A stretch of 64,000 bases of DNA from assembly GCA_021613535.1 (NCBI GenBank), contig CP075492.1, forward strand, positions 8,370,001 through 8,434,000, written 5' to 3'. The notes beneath the pieces are model-generated. The model was not told where the DNA came from. It saw only the letters and a list, made by a program, of their open reading frames with translations, and did not search any database. This stretch comes from Adineta vaga. Its lineage: Eukaryota; Animalia; Rotifera. This document shows positions 13,501-26,630 of the stretch, in pieces (position 1 is the stretch's first letter; each line of letters begins with the position of its first letter). A program made the position numbers and the translations under genes.

Positions 13501-14660
13501 GTAATTAAAATTTCAAAATTATTCTTTGCAAATATAGAAGGTAGAAAAAAAACAAAGAAAAATTAATGTTGATAAAAGAAGAATGGACTGTGCTTATCTT
13601 TGTTTTGAATAGATAAAGAAAGTTTGATTTAACGTGTAGTTAAACAACAAATTCTGAAGCATCGTAGAATGAAAATGATGGAAATATTCCATTCAATTAG
13701 GCAGATCATTCTCTTCAAAGAGAGTAAAATCACACATACTCATTATATCCCGTAGCTTTTGTTCATTTTAATGAGCACAATTAAGGAAAACATCACTTGA
13801 GAATTATTCATGTTTTTCTTACGATGAACATAGTGTTTTATTTGTTTGTCAATTGACAATAAATGAATTCATCGTTATTCAATTTTCGAAAATGAAAATA
13901 TATCGATACATTCATAAACCATTCGATGTATAAAATTTGTTTCTGTATCAAGAAATAAGAAAGTGTATGTTCATTCTGAGTCAAGTACAACTAAATTGCA
14001 GATTTTCATTCATTGTCCTCCGGCCATAAGCTACTTATCTGCTTACGTTTTATGAGAAGCGATTTCACTCGCCATAAAGATATGAGTAGGACGAAGCCTT
14101 AAAAGGTTTTCTCGTCACATTATATGTGTCTTTATCTCTCTTTACTCATGCTCATACGAGACCAACATTCATTTATACAGAAACAGAATGGAATATCATT
14201 GTCGTTTTTTTTCTTCTTCTTCTTTCATATTTTGTGACATCTAAGAAAACAGATTCACAAATATTTATGGACATGGAAAGAGTAATGTGTCATTTATGAT
14301 GAGCAGATTTTCGGATTGATCTCTACTTGTCGTCTTCTTTTGTGTTGTTGTTATTGTTGTTGTTGTTTAAGATGAACATCAACATCATCGTTTTCTCAGT
14401 GTTACTCTATACTTTTTCACTGGCACCCTGCGGCCTGTCAGCAAAATTTTTCGACATACAATGAATGAACAAAAAGGCAGTGATAATGTTGACGGAATAG
14501 ATCCAAATGCAAAACGACTAACATAGACGATAAGAAGAAACAGCAGTAGCAAGAAAATGACTAAAATCAGATTCTTTTTTATTCTGTATAGACATCGAGT
14601 AACATGAAACGAATGGCAAACAAATAAACATTGTTTTCAGACGATTTACTTGGAAAAACA

Positions 14661-16159
14661 ATGGTTAATTCTACTTTTACTAATTCTTCAAATGATGTTT
14701 TTTCATTCAACGGATTACCTCTATTTATTCAAGTAAGTAGGAATCAATTTTCTTAGAATTCTGTTCGATAGTTTTGATTTCATTTTAGTTCATCTTTTTA
14801 TTCTTATTTGCGATTGTTGTACTATTAGCTGTATGTGGAAATAGTATTGTTATTTGGATTGTTCTTGCACATCGTCGTATGAGAACACCAACGAATTATT
14901 TTCTTGTTAATCTTGCTTATGCTGATGTACTTAATGCACTTTTCAATATTCCTTTTAACGGCTATTATATGGTCGCGCAAACTCTTTGGCCATTCGGAAT
15001 TTTTATGTGTCCGTTAGTACAAGCTGTTTCTCATATATCTATTGCTGCTAATGTTCTAACTTATGTAGCAATTAGTTTAGATAGGTAAAACAAAAAGAAA
15101 TTGTGAATAGAGATGAAATAAATCGGCTTGTTTATTTGTTTTTTCTTCGTCAGATATTTTGCGATTATTCATCCATTACGTACGAAACTAACTCATAGTC
15201 AAACAATTATGATTATCTGTGGTATTTGGATCTGTCTTTACTTGTTTCATCTCCAGCTATTCGATCATTTAGTAGAGTAGAATATGATTGTAAAATGGAT
15301 GATATTGAAAGTCATGACAAGTATACGAACATTTTCTTTGCTTTCCTTATTTTATTTCAACGGACAAATATATTTTTCATTAGATATGAATGGATCTTTT
15401 TCTCCGTCACTTATATTTGTCCGATTGTTATTCTAACAATAACTTATTCACGAATAGCCATTGAATTATGGGGACAAACTGGTATGTTGAAATCGTGATA
15501 TTATATTTGATGCATTGACGATGATGATTATTCTTTTTTTTTATAGCAATTGGAGAAGTGACTAAACATCAACAAGATTCTATTCAATCAAAACGAAAAG
15601 TAGTTAAAATGCTCATAGCTGTCGTATTAATCTTTGGAATTTGTTGGTAAATGATTTCTTCATTGTTCTTTTGTTTCGTCACTTTTGATTTCAGGTTTCC
15701 TCAACAACTTTATTTCATACTTGTTTCTGTATATGAAAAAATTCCCGAATGGCCAGGTACACCCTATGTCTATTTGATTTCCTATCTCTTTGCTATGAGT
15801 AATTCAATGTACAATCCATTTCTGTATTGTTCAATGAATAATCGGTAAGATTAAAGTTTGTTATTTTTGATTAAATTTGTTGTTTCTTTTAAAAATTTCT
15901 ATTACCAATGTTTAGATTTCGAAATGGTTTTCGTAGTGTATTTCGCTGGTGTCCATGTGTAAATTGGTTACCGGAATATGCTTCTGATGGTCATGTATCA
16001 TGTCGAAGTGTATCGGAACCAACTGCACTTAGTGCAATTTATTTGTCTCAACGTAAAAGTCGAACAGTGGGTTCACATAATTCTCCACAACAATCGATTG
16101 TTACGGAATTATCGGTCAATTTCACTCGACATCCACGACAATATGAAACAAAAAACTAA
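14661..16159 (+). CDS. Tachykinin/neurokinin-type neuropeptide receptor (class A GPCR), apparent frameshift in TM4
   Basis: Spliced exons give GNSIVIWIVLAHRRMRTPTNYFLVNLA, AISLDR|YFAIIHPL, SKRKVVKMLIAVVLIFGICW|FP, AMSNSMYNPFLYCSMNNR|FRNGFRSVFRWCPC. These are tachykinin receptor signatures. Confidence 0.88.
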
Positions 16160-16299
16160 CGATTTCTCGTCTCTTTTTGTTTGCTGTATAATGGATTTTT
16201 TTATTGATGTTGTCAAAGAAAATATAGAAAGTAGAATTCAGTATGATTTATAAAAATAGAACTAATGAAAATCAGAATGTCTGATATTTGATCTGTTGT

Positions 16300-19200
16300 C
16301 TATTGTAACCAATTACCATTGAGTCGAGTGAGAAGACGAGTCCAATGATTATCTGTCTTAGAATCTGATGTTGATTCACTATCGGGAATGAAATCAGAAA
16401 TATATTCTTTTGTTTCATCTATACTTTGATGATGATCTGATGGATTCATCCGATACATCTTTTCCTAGAAAGAAAAAGTGAATATCGACTTCATTCTTGA
16501 TGATTTTCTCTTACACTACGTTTATTTTGAATTGTGTTATAATTTTCATTATATACTCGTGGTCCAGATTGTAAATAATGAGGAATATTAGGTGTACCGT
16601 GTAAAATTAAACGGAAATTTTCTAAGAAGCCATAATGATCAGGATCACCGGTCTAAATTTATGTTACATAGATACAGAAAAACAGTCGAAGAAAACATAC
16701 ACTATCTATGATTTTTATAGTCCATAAACCAATGGGATTTTCTCCCCAATTATGTACACTCATGAATGGCCAATTTAAAAAGCCTTCCGATGATTTATCT
16801 TGTTCACGTTCAGTTAATAATGTTGTTTGAGTACCTAAATAGATGACGATAATTGACACTATTATTTACAAACATTTTTTATTTTACCACGTGGACTAGT
16901 AATATTGATTTTCAATGCACCACGATTAGTATAACTAATTGTGATATAAAGTTGAATATGTTCAAGGAAACGAATGACATTATTTTCTCTTTCACAACCA
17001 GTGACTTCAAAATCAATAATTAATGAATGTTTAGCACTTAGTTTTCTTCAATGAAGAAAATATTCAGGTGTATTTGAACGTACAAACTAATCAATTTTAC
17101 TTACTGAGTATGAAAATTTGCTGGTTCTATTTCACAAATACTTTTCTTAGGAACTGTAACCCATTTTAGGGCAGCTTCCGTTAATGCTGCTGCATTTAGA
17201 AGACCAAAACCAAATCGACTATTGATCTATAAATAAGTTTAGTCATTTTTACTTATAACATGAACAGATGCATAAGATAAATAAACTAAAGTTTTATCCT
17301 GTGAATAAGTATCATTCTTCTGACGTCATTAGTAATATTTATAATTAATTAGCTATGGTAAATATTTATCATTAATAAAAACATTTTTATAGAGCACCTC
17401 TATCGTTAAATACGCATGATCGACGAAGCGACTATCATTCTTACGTCTGATGTATAATTGATAAATTTAGTTTTATGAAATAATTTAAAACATACTTTAA
17501 AACCGGCACCATTTGTTGTCCAACCATGATTATTTGCTAATGGAGCATATTCTGACGTCCATGCAACTAAATGTTGTAGGTCACGCCATGTTATTTCAGG
17601 ACTACATCGAATTGAATAAAAAATCACATATTCGAAAAGAAAAAAAATTAATTAATCATTACTTTGCTTCTAGAACAAGTGCGAATATACCAGCTGCCAA
17701 TGGTGCAGATGCTTAAAAAAATGGTATTCAATTAATAACAAATTAGAAAAAAAAGAAAAAATGTAACAAACCAGACGTTCCAGTATGATCATCTGTACAT
17801 GAATTGTAAAGATCTGTTGTCGTCTACAAGATATGAAATGAAATGAATTTATCCTATAAAATTTTCTTAACATACCACTTTTTGATCTTCATAAGCTCCA
17901 GATGAATACGTTGTTGCCATAGTACTTGCACAACGCTCAGCATACCATGGTGATTGTTGATGTTCCGAGACGGATGAAATTGATATCGTATAAATTGAAC
18001 CAGTATAACCATCACAACTGTAATAAAAAGAGATCTAACAAAAAATCAAAAGGAATAATAAAACTTACTTGCAATTATCTTGACGTCGTCCGCCATTACC
18101 TGATGCCCAAACATAAATAACACCTTTTCCATTACGACCTTCAGTGATACCCTTAATAAATGCAGCAGAAGCTAAAGTACCTGGACCTTCGACCTAAGAC
18201 ATGAACAAATCTTCAAAAATAGTTTTCTTGAGGAAAATTTGATCTTACCGTTCGTCCATCATCATTTGGTCCCCAAGACGCAGAATAAATATCGATATAT
18301 TTATGATTATATGCAATTGCTTCAGCTTCAACTCGATCACTAACATGACCATCTAACATTCGAATACCACCAATTTTTGCATTATATCTAATCAATAATA
18401 AAAAAAAGACAAATAAGTCTCTAAGAAGAAAAATCTATCTTCTTACGCTATACCAACACCGCAAAAAGAATTATTAGCGACCATTGCTATTTCACCTGCA
18501 CATCGTGTGCCATGTCTAACAATTATAATCATATCCATTTTTTTACACAATCAAAAGATGGCAAATCAAGATACCTATTCTCATTTGTTGATTCATATCT
18601 TGGAGTTGGATCAGGATCATTATCATTTAAATCATAACTTGCTTGAGGATCATAATTTGCCAAAATATCCGAATTATTCCATTCAAGACCATCATCAAGT
18701 ATGGTAATTTTAATTCCCTTGCCAGTATAACCCGCAGCCCATGCAGGTAAAACATGTAGATCTAGTTTTGGTAATTGACTTGAACTTTTTTTTCTTGTAT
18801 CTTTCTAAAACAAACCTCCAAGATACATATCGCGTTTGAATATGAACGAAATACTTACTAAATACCATTCACTATTCCATTGTGGATCTGAAAATGAAAC
18901 GGATCGATAGACTCGATCTTCTTGTGCACGTTTATCCAGATAATCTCGTTTAACTCGATTTCGTGATTTTTGTTGTTCCGTCCAAGAAACTTTCTCATGT
19001 TCATTGAGTCGATTGGTTAAATCATTCGTAGCACGTTTTGATCGTCGAGGAATTAATGGATATGTAAATAAATAATAATTATCAAAAATCTATGAACAAA
19101 AAATTAAATTTCTCTATGATTACAATCATAATAAAATCGTATACTTTTCGTTCGTTTTTTAAGCCAAGTTCACTCGCGACAAGATCAGCAATATCATCGC

Positions 19201-19345
19201 CTTCATCAATTCGAACAACCCATTCATTGGAATGTTCAGGAATGAATTGCACATCATCAGTTGATTTATCATATTCCACACTGTTGAAAACAACTTGGAA
19301 AAGACTTAAGAATCCAAAGAAAATAGGGAGAAGAATAGAAAACAT
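16300..19345 (-). CDS. PCSK1: Prohormone convertase 1/3 (neuroendocrine convertase 1)
   Basis: Signal peptide, prodomain RRSKR/RVKR, catalytic [23 protein letters not shown] and HTGTSASAP. PC1-typical [25 protein letters not shown] domain present, no TM segment. Confidence 0.92.
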
Positions 19346-19503
19346 TCTTATCGGTACTGAAATTTAAAATGTCACGCAATTTTTTCTTTCTTTTATGCTT
19401 AAATACTTAAGTTCTTTCTCTCTCTTTCTCTCAAAGGTTTGAACTGTTAGTTTTTGTATTTTCCCTCATATTCCTTTCCTTTTCTCATCCGTTCACGTAA
19501 AGC

Positions 19504-19511
19504 TGACGTCA
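19504..19511. promoter_or_regulatory. Palindromic CRE (TGACGTCA) upstream of PCSK1
   Basis: Perfect TGACGTCA ~160 nt upstream of the PCSK1 ATG. A second copy lies at 17321-17328 in the longest PCSK1 intron. Confidence 0.45.
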
Positions 19512-19774
19512 AATTTTGCAAGCCACTACATAATCCATATGATGCAAAAATGTTGTTAACTAACAGAAAATATAATCATTATCAACAGATTTTACTGACT
19601 TTCTCAATTTATTCCAGTATAATCAGAATATAATCTTTCTAAACATACGATTTCAAGCATTTTAGTTATCTTTATCGTTAATATATTCAGAATAGTACGT
19701 TTTTTTCTCTTTGTCAATACATAACTCTCAAGGTATTCTTTGTTCCGGATGAATAGATATATACGTCTTATTCG

Positions 19775-20371
19775 ATGAAAAAAAATAACATGAATGAAAA
19801 CGAAAATAAGCAACATATGGAAGACGAAGTTAAAAGTTTTAAAAAACAAATTGCACCAGAAGTGTTTATATCGAATATCGTAACAATTGGATTATTTTTC
19901 TTGAGTTTTTATGATTATTTACCATGGAAAATTGCTGTTAATCAAAGACAAAAACAACTTTCATTGAAACATCGATATATATTTACATTACAATTAACAT
20001 TCATTGATATTCTACCATTATTAATATGTATATTTGTTGTTTTTAATCGACGAAGACAAACCTATGCTATCGATCCAATGGATCCACGAGGAAAGAAATT
20101 TGTTAAACGTTTAAAAGGTATTCTATCAAATACATTTGAACAATGTGTCGTCAAAATTATATTATCATTTATTCTTTGTACTATTTTACATTCGAATGAA
20201 TTGATATTATTACCTACATTTACTTTCCTTTTTGTCATTGGAAGATTAACTTTTGCATTGGGATATCCAACTCATCGATCATTTGGTATGGCAATGAATT
20301 TTCTTAGTATTATATTAGTTACGTCTTTAATCATCTATCGACTTTTGTTTCAAGGTGTTTTGTTTCAATAA
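19775..20371 (+). CDS. MAPEG/TMEM79-like multi-pass membrane protein (intronless)
   Basis: 198-aa ORF with several TM segments and MAPEG-like motifs LSNTFEQ and LFVIGRLTFALGY..RSFG. Start codon choice is uncertain. Confidence 0.75.
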   Translation: MKKNNMNENENKQHMEDEVKSFKKQIAPEVFISNIVTIGLFFLSFYDYLPWKIAVNQRQKQLSLKHRYIFTLQLTFIDILPLLICIFVVFNRRRQTYAIDPMDPRGKKFVKRLKGILSNTFEQCVVKIILSFILCTILHSNELILLPTFTFLFVIGRLTFALGYPTHRSFGMAMNFLSIILVTSLIIYRLLFQGVLFQ

Positions 20372-20389
20372 ATTTATTGGAAATAAAAA

Positions 20390-20933
20390 TTAAAGTACAT
20401 TTTCATCAAAAATATCTTCATGATTATCATTATTATTATCTTCACTGTTATTTAAACTCGCTAATTTTGAACTAACATCTAATATACTTAATGATTCATC
20501 ATCAATACCTTCATCTAAACTACTATTTGTTTCTTGATGATCATCTTCATCTTCATCATTCAAATAGATACCATGTTTATGTAAATCACACATTAAATTT
20601 GTTAATACTAATCTAAAGAAATAAACATTAGAAATAGGATAAACGAATCGAAAATAAATGATAAAATCCTACCGTTTTGATCGTATATTTTTCATAATTG
20701 ATTCTGATTGAACTAAATAAGAATTATATGCATTTAAATGATTCGATGATGGATTATTGTTTAAATCTGCTAATGCTTGTTTTACATTGTCTTCTAAAGA
20801 AATTTACTATTAATGAGTAAGAAGATAAATTTGTTGTCAACATACTAATTTGAAAATATTCGTCAACGAATTGATTATGTTCATTTTCTACTTGTCGAAT
20901 CTGTTGAAGAAGGTCGGCTATGTTTTGTTCCAT
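20390..20933 (-). CDS. Small uncharacterised 3-exon protein (helical N-terminus, acidic C-terminus)
   Basis: MEQNIADLLQQIRQVENEH..FQI|KDNVKQALADL..IRSK|RLVLTNLMCDLHKHG..DEDEDD... The two GT-AG introns keep the frame. Confidence 0.7.
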
Positions 20934-21527
20934 GATTATTTGATATGATGAAATGATTCGAATGTTTGCCTTTCTGTAAATATACATATATATATATATT
21001 TCTTCAGAAGGAGAGAAAGAGGAAAGAAAAAGGTGTGAATGACCAACATGAATTGAAAATGAGTTGCATTGTTATCCGGAAGACAAGCTGTGCTTTGAAC
21101 TTGTTCATTTCAGCTGTTCTGACTGCTGATCTAATCGATGAATGATGCATAAAGAAAAAAAAGTCATATAAAGTTGTGATAGCCGCCTTTGATATTCATT
21201 TCGAAATCGAATATTTTTGCGTTTAGAAATTAGTTGTGAAAATAAAATAGGTAACAAATAGATGATTCTTCTTGATTAATGATAATGATAATCAGAAAAT
21301 TTTTTCAGTCAGAATGATCTGTATGTAAGAAAAGAACCAATCAAAATAGAGAGCACTAATTTTTCCTGAATGTATTGCAATCAATCGATGCCAGTTGTAA
21401 AAATCTCTTAAGATTTATCATACTTTATAAGAAAATAAAGATATTTTCAACATATAACTAAATCAATACAATCTAAATTGCTTCACATATATGCTTTTTT
21501 TTATAGTTTTTATTTATTATCAATAAT

Positions 21528-23531
21528 CTAACGAGTAACAGGCATAAGGAGATCATATTCTCTAAACAATGGCATGTTCTTTTTCCGTTCAATCTTTTCT
21601 AATGTTCTTCCATACCATTCTCTTGGCCAATTATCAAAAACAATATCTTTAAATAATGCTGTCATCATTGCATACCGACGATTGAACACTGTTGTGCCAT
21701 GAGAAACTTTTGCCCATCGATGATGATCACGACTATCTTGTTGATCAAGTTTCACAATTTCGTAAAGATTACGTATAAATTTCTTATAGCGTTCATCAAG
21801 ATTAGTTAAATCTTCAACATATGGTCTTAAATTCCAATTTGGTTCTTGAACTGGTTCATTCAATACGAAACGTAACAATTGTCGAAGTACATCATCATTA
21901 AAATTAACTAATTCACCATTCTCTATTCGATCATAAAGACTATTGAATAAATAAAAACAAAACAATCGATATTCTCTATTCTAGAATTAAAAATTCAATT
22001 CATACTTCATCAATGGCGATACCCAACAGATATTTGATGTTGTATGTGCATCGTATGGTTTAAAATGTGCAACAGTATTTAATTGATAAACACCAAAAAT
22101 CCATTGACGACGATTACTAAGAACTGTTTGAGCTATTAATGGATAAGTTGGTTCTCTCCACATTGAGAAACCTAAATAATAAGCTTGTGCTAAAAGTTCT
22201 GCATGACTAGCATTAACAATCCAAGACATTAAACTAGGTAATAATTCATCTTCACTAAAATAACTATCATGTCGATAGATCGAATCCATTGGATAGATAG
22301 TTAAAAGATTATAATCATGTCCTTCTCCATGCCAATGACCTGTATAGAACGACAATGACAATTTAGAATTTTCCTCAATTACTTTTACCTGGTATTTGCA
22401 TAGGTAAATATCGATCAGTGAACACCTTATATGAACTTGGACTATATGGACAAAGAGGCACAGGTGTTTGACATAAACTACTATTAGGATCAACGATCTA
22501 AACAAATATTAAAATTTTGTTTTAAACAAAATGACGAGTGAATTCTTTTACACTTCTCAATGGTCGATCAGTTTTAACTTGAACAGATGCTTTATCACGA
22601 AATTGAAAACTTGTTGTATTTGAATCATGATGCCATTTAGCTCGATCTATTTTCACTCCATTCATATTCGAACTCCACCATGCTTCAATGGGCACATCTG
22701 ATCCAATCTATAACAAACAAAATTTCATCCAATCTAATCTAAATAGTAAATCTTTTTCACTAACCAATGTTTTTCTTAAATATGGTTTATGTTCAGCAAG
22801 AACATTGACAATTGTTCGAACCATTTTTGTCAGTACATTTGTTGTTCGTGTTTTATCCTTTTCAGTTTGTTTATCTCTCATGATTGATGGTATTTTATAA
22901 TCACCTTTATCATACATATCTTCTAATGGTATATCTTCTTTTTGCGCATATTCATCAGTTAATATTCGTTCGATTAATATCGGTTTAACATAATTCAATA
23001 GACTTTCTACATCCATTTGTTCATAAAATTTCGGTAATTCATCTGTAACATGTGTTTGAGTAATATATTTATAGAATGGTAAACTACGTGGTGAACGTGG
23101 TCGACCCGTTAACATCCATATTAACTTTGAATTGATTTGTTCAACATCTAATTCATCATAATAACACATCATATTTTGATATGCCATAATAGTTAAGCGT
23201 TCTTTAACACATTTTAAATGTCGATAATATTTTTCTCCTAATTCAAAATGCATCCATGCCTTTTTAGGATCCATTGAACCCCATGAGCCTAACATGATAG
23301 ATTCTTGAAATACTAAAAGATTTCGATGAAAAAAATACCTGGAGGATGTTTCGGTCGAATTGGTGGATAAAGTGGCTGTTCAGCATATTCATCTGGAAGA
23401 TTATATGGTGTTTGATATTGTACACCATGTGGAATATGAACACCTGGATGATTGAGACGATGTTTATATCGACATATATTTAAACGATACCATAATAAAG
23501 CAGAAGAAGATGTACGATGAAGAACAACCAT
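21528..23531 (-). CDS. MRPS30: Mitochondrial ribosomal protein mL65 (MRPS30/PDCD9 family)
   Basis: Presequence-like N-terminus, LYPPIRP and the family motif AQAYYLGF..YPLIAQTVLSN..IFGVYQLNT..NICW. Confidence 0.8.
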
Positions 23532-23690
23532 TATTTTGAATTTTTAGAATACATCTAGAAAGATTTTTTTTCAAAATCTTTTTTTGTTGGTTATACAAAA
23601 TGTAAATAAACAAAAAACCATGTTTAATTCACTTTTTTTTTCTCTTTATTTTAAACGAATCAAAACAATTGATAACAAACAAGAGATATA

Positions 23691-25585
23691 TTATTTTGGA
23701 TGATAATTTTCTCTAGAAAAACAAAAGACGAGATTATTAATCGAACAATCATGTTAGATATGACATACCCAACTTCTCGTACGGATCGTTTTTCGTATTT
23801 TTTCATCTTGGTCTTTGTTGGTCTAGAAAAAAGGGAGAAACGAAGATAAGAATTCAATAATAAAAATGTTCTATTCTTATACTTTGCTCGAATACGTGTT
23901 TCGATAATATTTCGTTTTTGTAATGATTTAAATCGATCATGAAGAAGATTACCTTCCGCCTAAGTAAATAACAAATGAATAGAAACATATTTATTTCTTT
24001 TTAGAATTTATTTTATTTACTTTCATTGTTCGTAAATTTCCAGTAATGTCATCAGATAAATTCAAATCTAGATCAGCTTCTTCGAATCTATATCGACCGA
24101 ATTTTTTCGTTCCATATTTTTCATGATTTTCATATTCAACTTCACGTTTTTTTAATTCTTGTTGATGTTCTTGAGCTTCTTTATCAACCTCTTTTCGAAT
24201 TGATTTAATTCTAAAAATCAACAATGAAAAATCAATAATACTGTTTTTATTTTTCTTACCGAAATAATTGTGTATCTCGAATACGTTTCTCTTTTGCTGC
24301 TTTAATTGAAGCTTCTTTTTTCTTCTGAAGTTTTTCTTTATTACGTTGTTGAACAGTTTTTGTTTCAATTGTAACTGGTTTACCAACACTAACCGAATTG
24401 AGTTCACTATTCTCAGTTGTTAGTTCATTTTCGATATTATCATCAAATATACCAGATGACATTTCTTTTAACCATGCTTGCTAAAATTAGATGAACAAAA
24501 CGCTTTTATTTTTATTATTATTTGCAACTTACTTTTATCGGTCCAGCTTCACTTTGGGTTAACATTGCTGGTAAACGTCTTTGTAATTTGAGTTCTTTCC
24601 GTTCTTTTTCTAATTCAACATCCACTGCTTTGAGAAGTAAATTCTGAAAAAAAGATAATTCAATCTTTAATAAATCTATTTATTGTTTTTATGTCTTTTA
24701 CTTGATGATCATCATAAGTTGGATTGTACGATGTACCAGGTAATGGTTTATCAATGGCTGGTAATTTCGATGGTTTTTTAGTGATATGCTTAGGAACTTT
24801 CCAATCATATGTTTGATAAACTTGTTCCATGTATGACGCTAAATTAGAACCGACCGCTGCTCGAACTTTTTCTAGAAAATCGAAATACATGTACAAATCA
24901 TGGTTTACTTTATTCTTCTAACCTTTTTTCTCATCTTGCGCATTCCAAAGATCATAACCTTGTGAAACTTGAGGATCATGAAATTCAAGTTTATCAGCTT
25001 CATCAAGTGCATTTTTCCGTAAAGCTTCAGAACGTTGTTTGACTGCAGTTTGATATTTTTTTGTAGCCGATCGACGTGTATCTGCAAGCTTTTGTGATTC
25101 AATCAAACGTTTTGTCGATTTCGATGTTAAACTTCTAGTTTGTCGTGAACTAAAATATTACATTGATTATTTTTTTACAATAATGAGAGTAATTGCTTAA
25201 TTCTTACTCAGTTCCTGGAGGTTGTACACTACTATGTGGTTGCAAGATTTTATATGTATTAAGATTATTTAAATCTAATTTTGAACGTTTTTTCGGAATT
25301 GAACGAAGAATAGATGAAGAAGTTTCCATTTCTTCTGCTGATGGAGATTTTGAACCAAGTGGATGTTCAGTATCAATATGATATAAAACATGATCAGGTT
25401 GTTCAGATCGCACACCACTAAAAATAGAGAACATGGAAATTCAAGTGAGATGTTTGCACGATAATATACCCTGTCATTTCTTGTACTCGAACATCTTCTA
25501 ATTGATCTTCAATATCTTTTGTTGAAATTTTTCTCCAATATTTCTTCTGATTTCTCGGCACATGTTTCGCTGTTTTACGTGGCAT
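23691..25585 (-). CDS. NOP53: Ribosome biogenesis protein NOP53 (GLTSCR2/PICT1)
   Basis: RNQKKYWRK.., YDLWN, PGTSYNPTYDDHQ, KKFGRYRFEE, EGNLLHDRFKSLQKRNIIE, KMKKYEKRS. Confidence 0.92.
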
Positions 25586-25702
25586 GTTGTTTCTTTTTGT
25601 CTTTTATATCTACAACAGTTCGTTTGTTTTTTTTTCAATAGTTAAATGCAAGTTAATAAAGAAGAAAGTTTTCTTAAAAAAATCATATTAAAATAAGACT
25701 CT

Positions 25703-26448
25703 TTAGTTTTCATCTTGTTCATGTTTTTTGAGAGCTTTAATTGTTTCAGTTAGTTTAACAATCACTGAACACATTTCATTGATACGAGCTGGATTTTGAG
25801 ATTTTGCTAACTATGAAAAAGAGAATAGTAATCATAAGATGAGATGAAAAACTTTCGAAAGACTTATTTTACTTCGTCAACAGCCCATTTAAGTTTATTT
25901 TCGAGCTGATCACAACTGTTGCGTGTTTCATTCGATTCTTTTTTTGTTTTTTGTTTCTTCGAACGTTTTTTATCTTCCTTTTTCTTATTAGCTGTTGTTG
26001 TCAGTTCTCCATTCTCACTTTTTTCTAAAAGAAATATGCATATACTAACGAAGAAAACATCTTTCAATACGAACCATTATTCATATCAATTTCATTACAA
26101 CCAACGCAAAGTAATTTATCATCAGTTGTACGAAGAAGAATGCACTATTTCAAAACATAAATTACATATGAATATAATCGTTGATATTGATACAATACAT
26201 ACATTACATTCAGGACAAGTATCACCTAACATACAATAACCTTTTAATAAGTATTCACCAAGTTTTTTCGTTATTTCATTATCACGAATACGACGACGCT
26301 AAAATATCTAGAACTCATGATTGGATATAGTCAATGAGAAAGTATTTACTTCGGCGACGACAGAATTTTTCTTTGGAGAATCGCCCATACCCATCCATTC
26401 GAAATCTTCATCATTATCATACATAGTATTCGTTTGATTTTTATTCAT
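25703..26448 (-). CDS. ZNRD2: ZNRD2/SSSCA1 zinc-ribbon protein
   Basis: Spliced KKLGEYLLKGYCMLGDTCPECN|CILLRTTDDKLLCVGC followed by the C-terminal LENKLKWA helix. Confidence 0.88.
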
Positions 26449-26630
26449 GATAAAATTTTCGAATGTTAGAAAGAGATGTAAATGAATGAATTGAATCGCT
26501 TTTTTTAATATATAGTAGATTCTACTATTGATTCGTCGAGAATAGTTACATTCTCGTATACAATCATTTCGTTTTATAGATGTCGGTAATCATCAATACA
26601 TGAATGAATTTCATTAAAAAAAGTCTTTAT

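Noticed and set aside
19775-20371. Possible horizontal origin of the intronless MAPEG-like gene
   Set aside because: Lack of introns alone is insufficient, animal TMEM79-like homologues exist, and a phylogeny would be needed.
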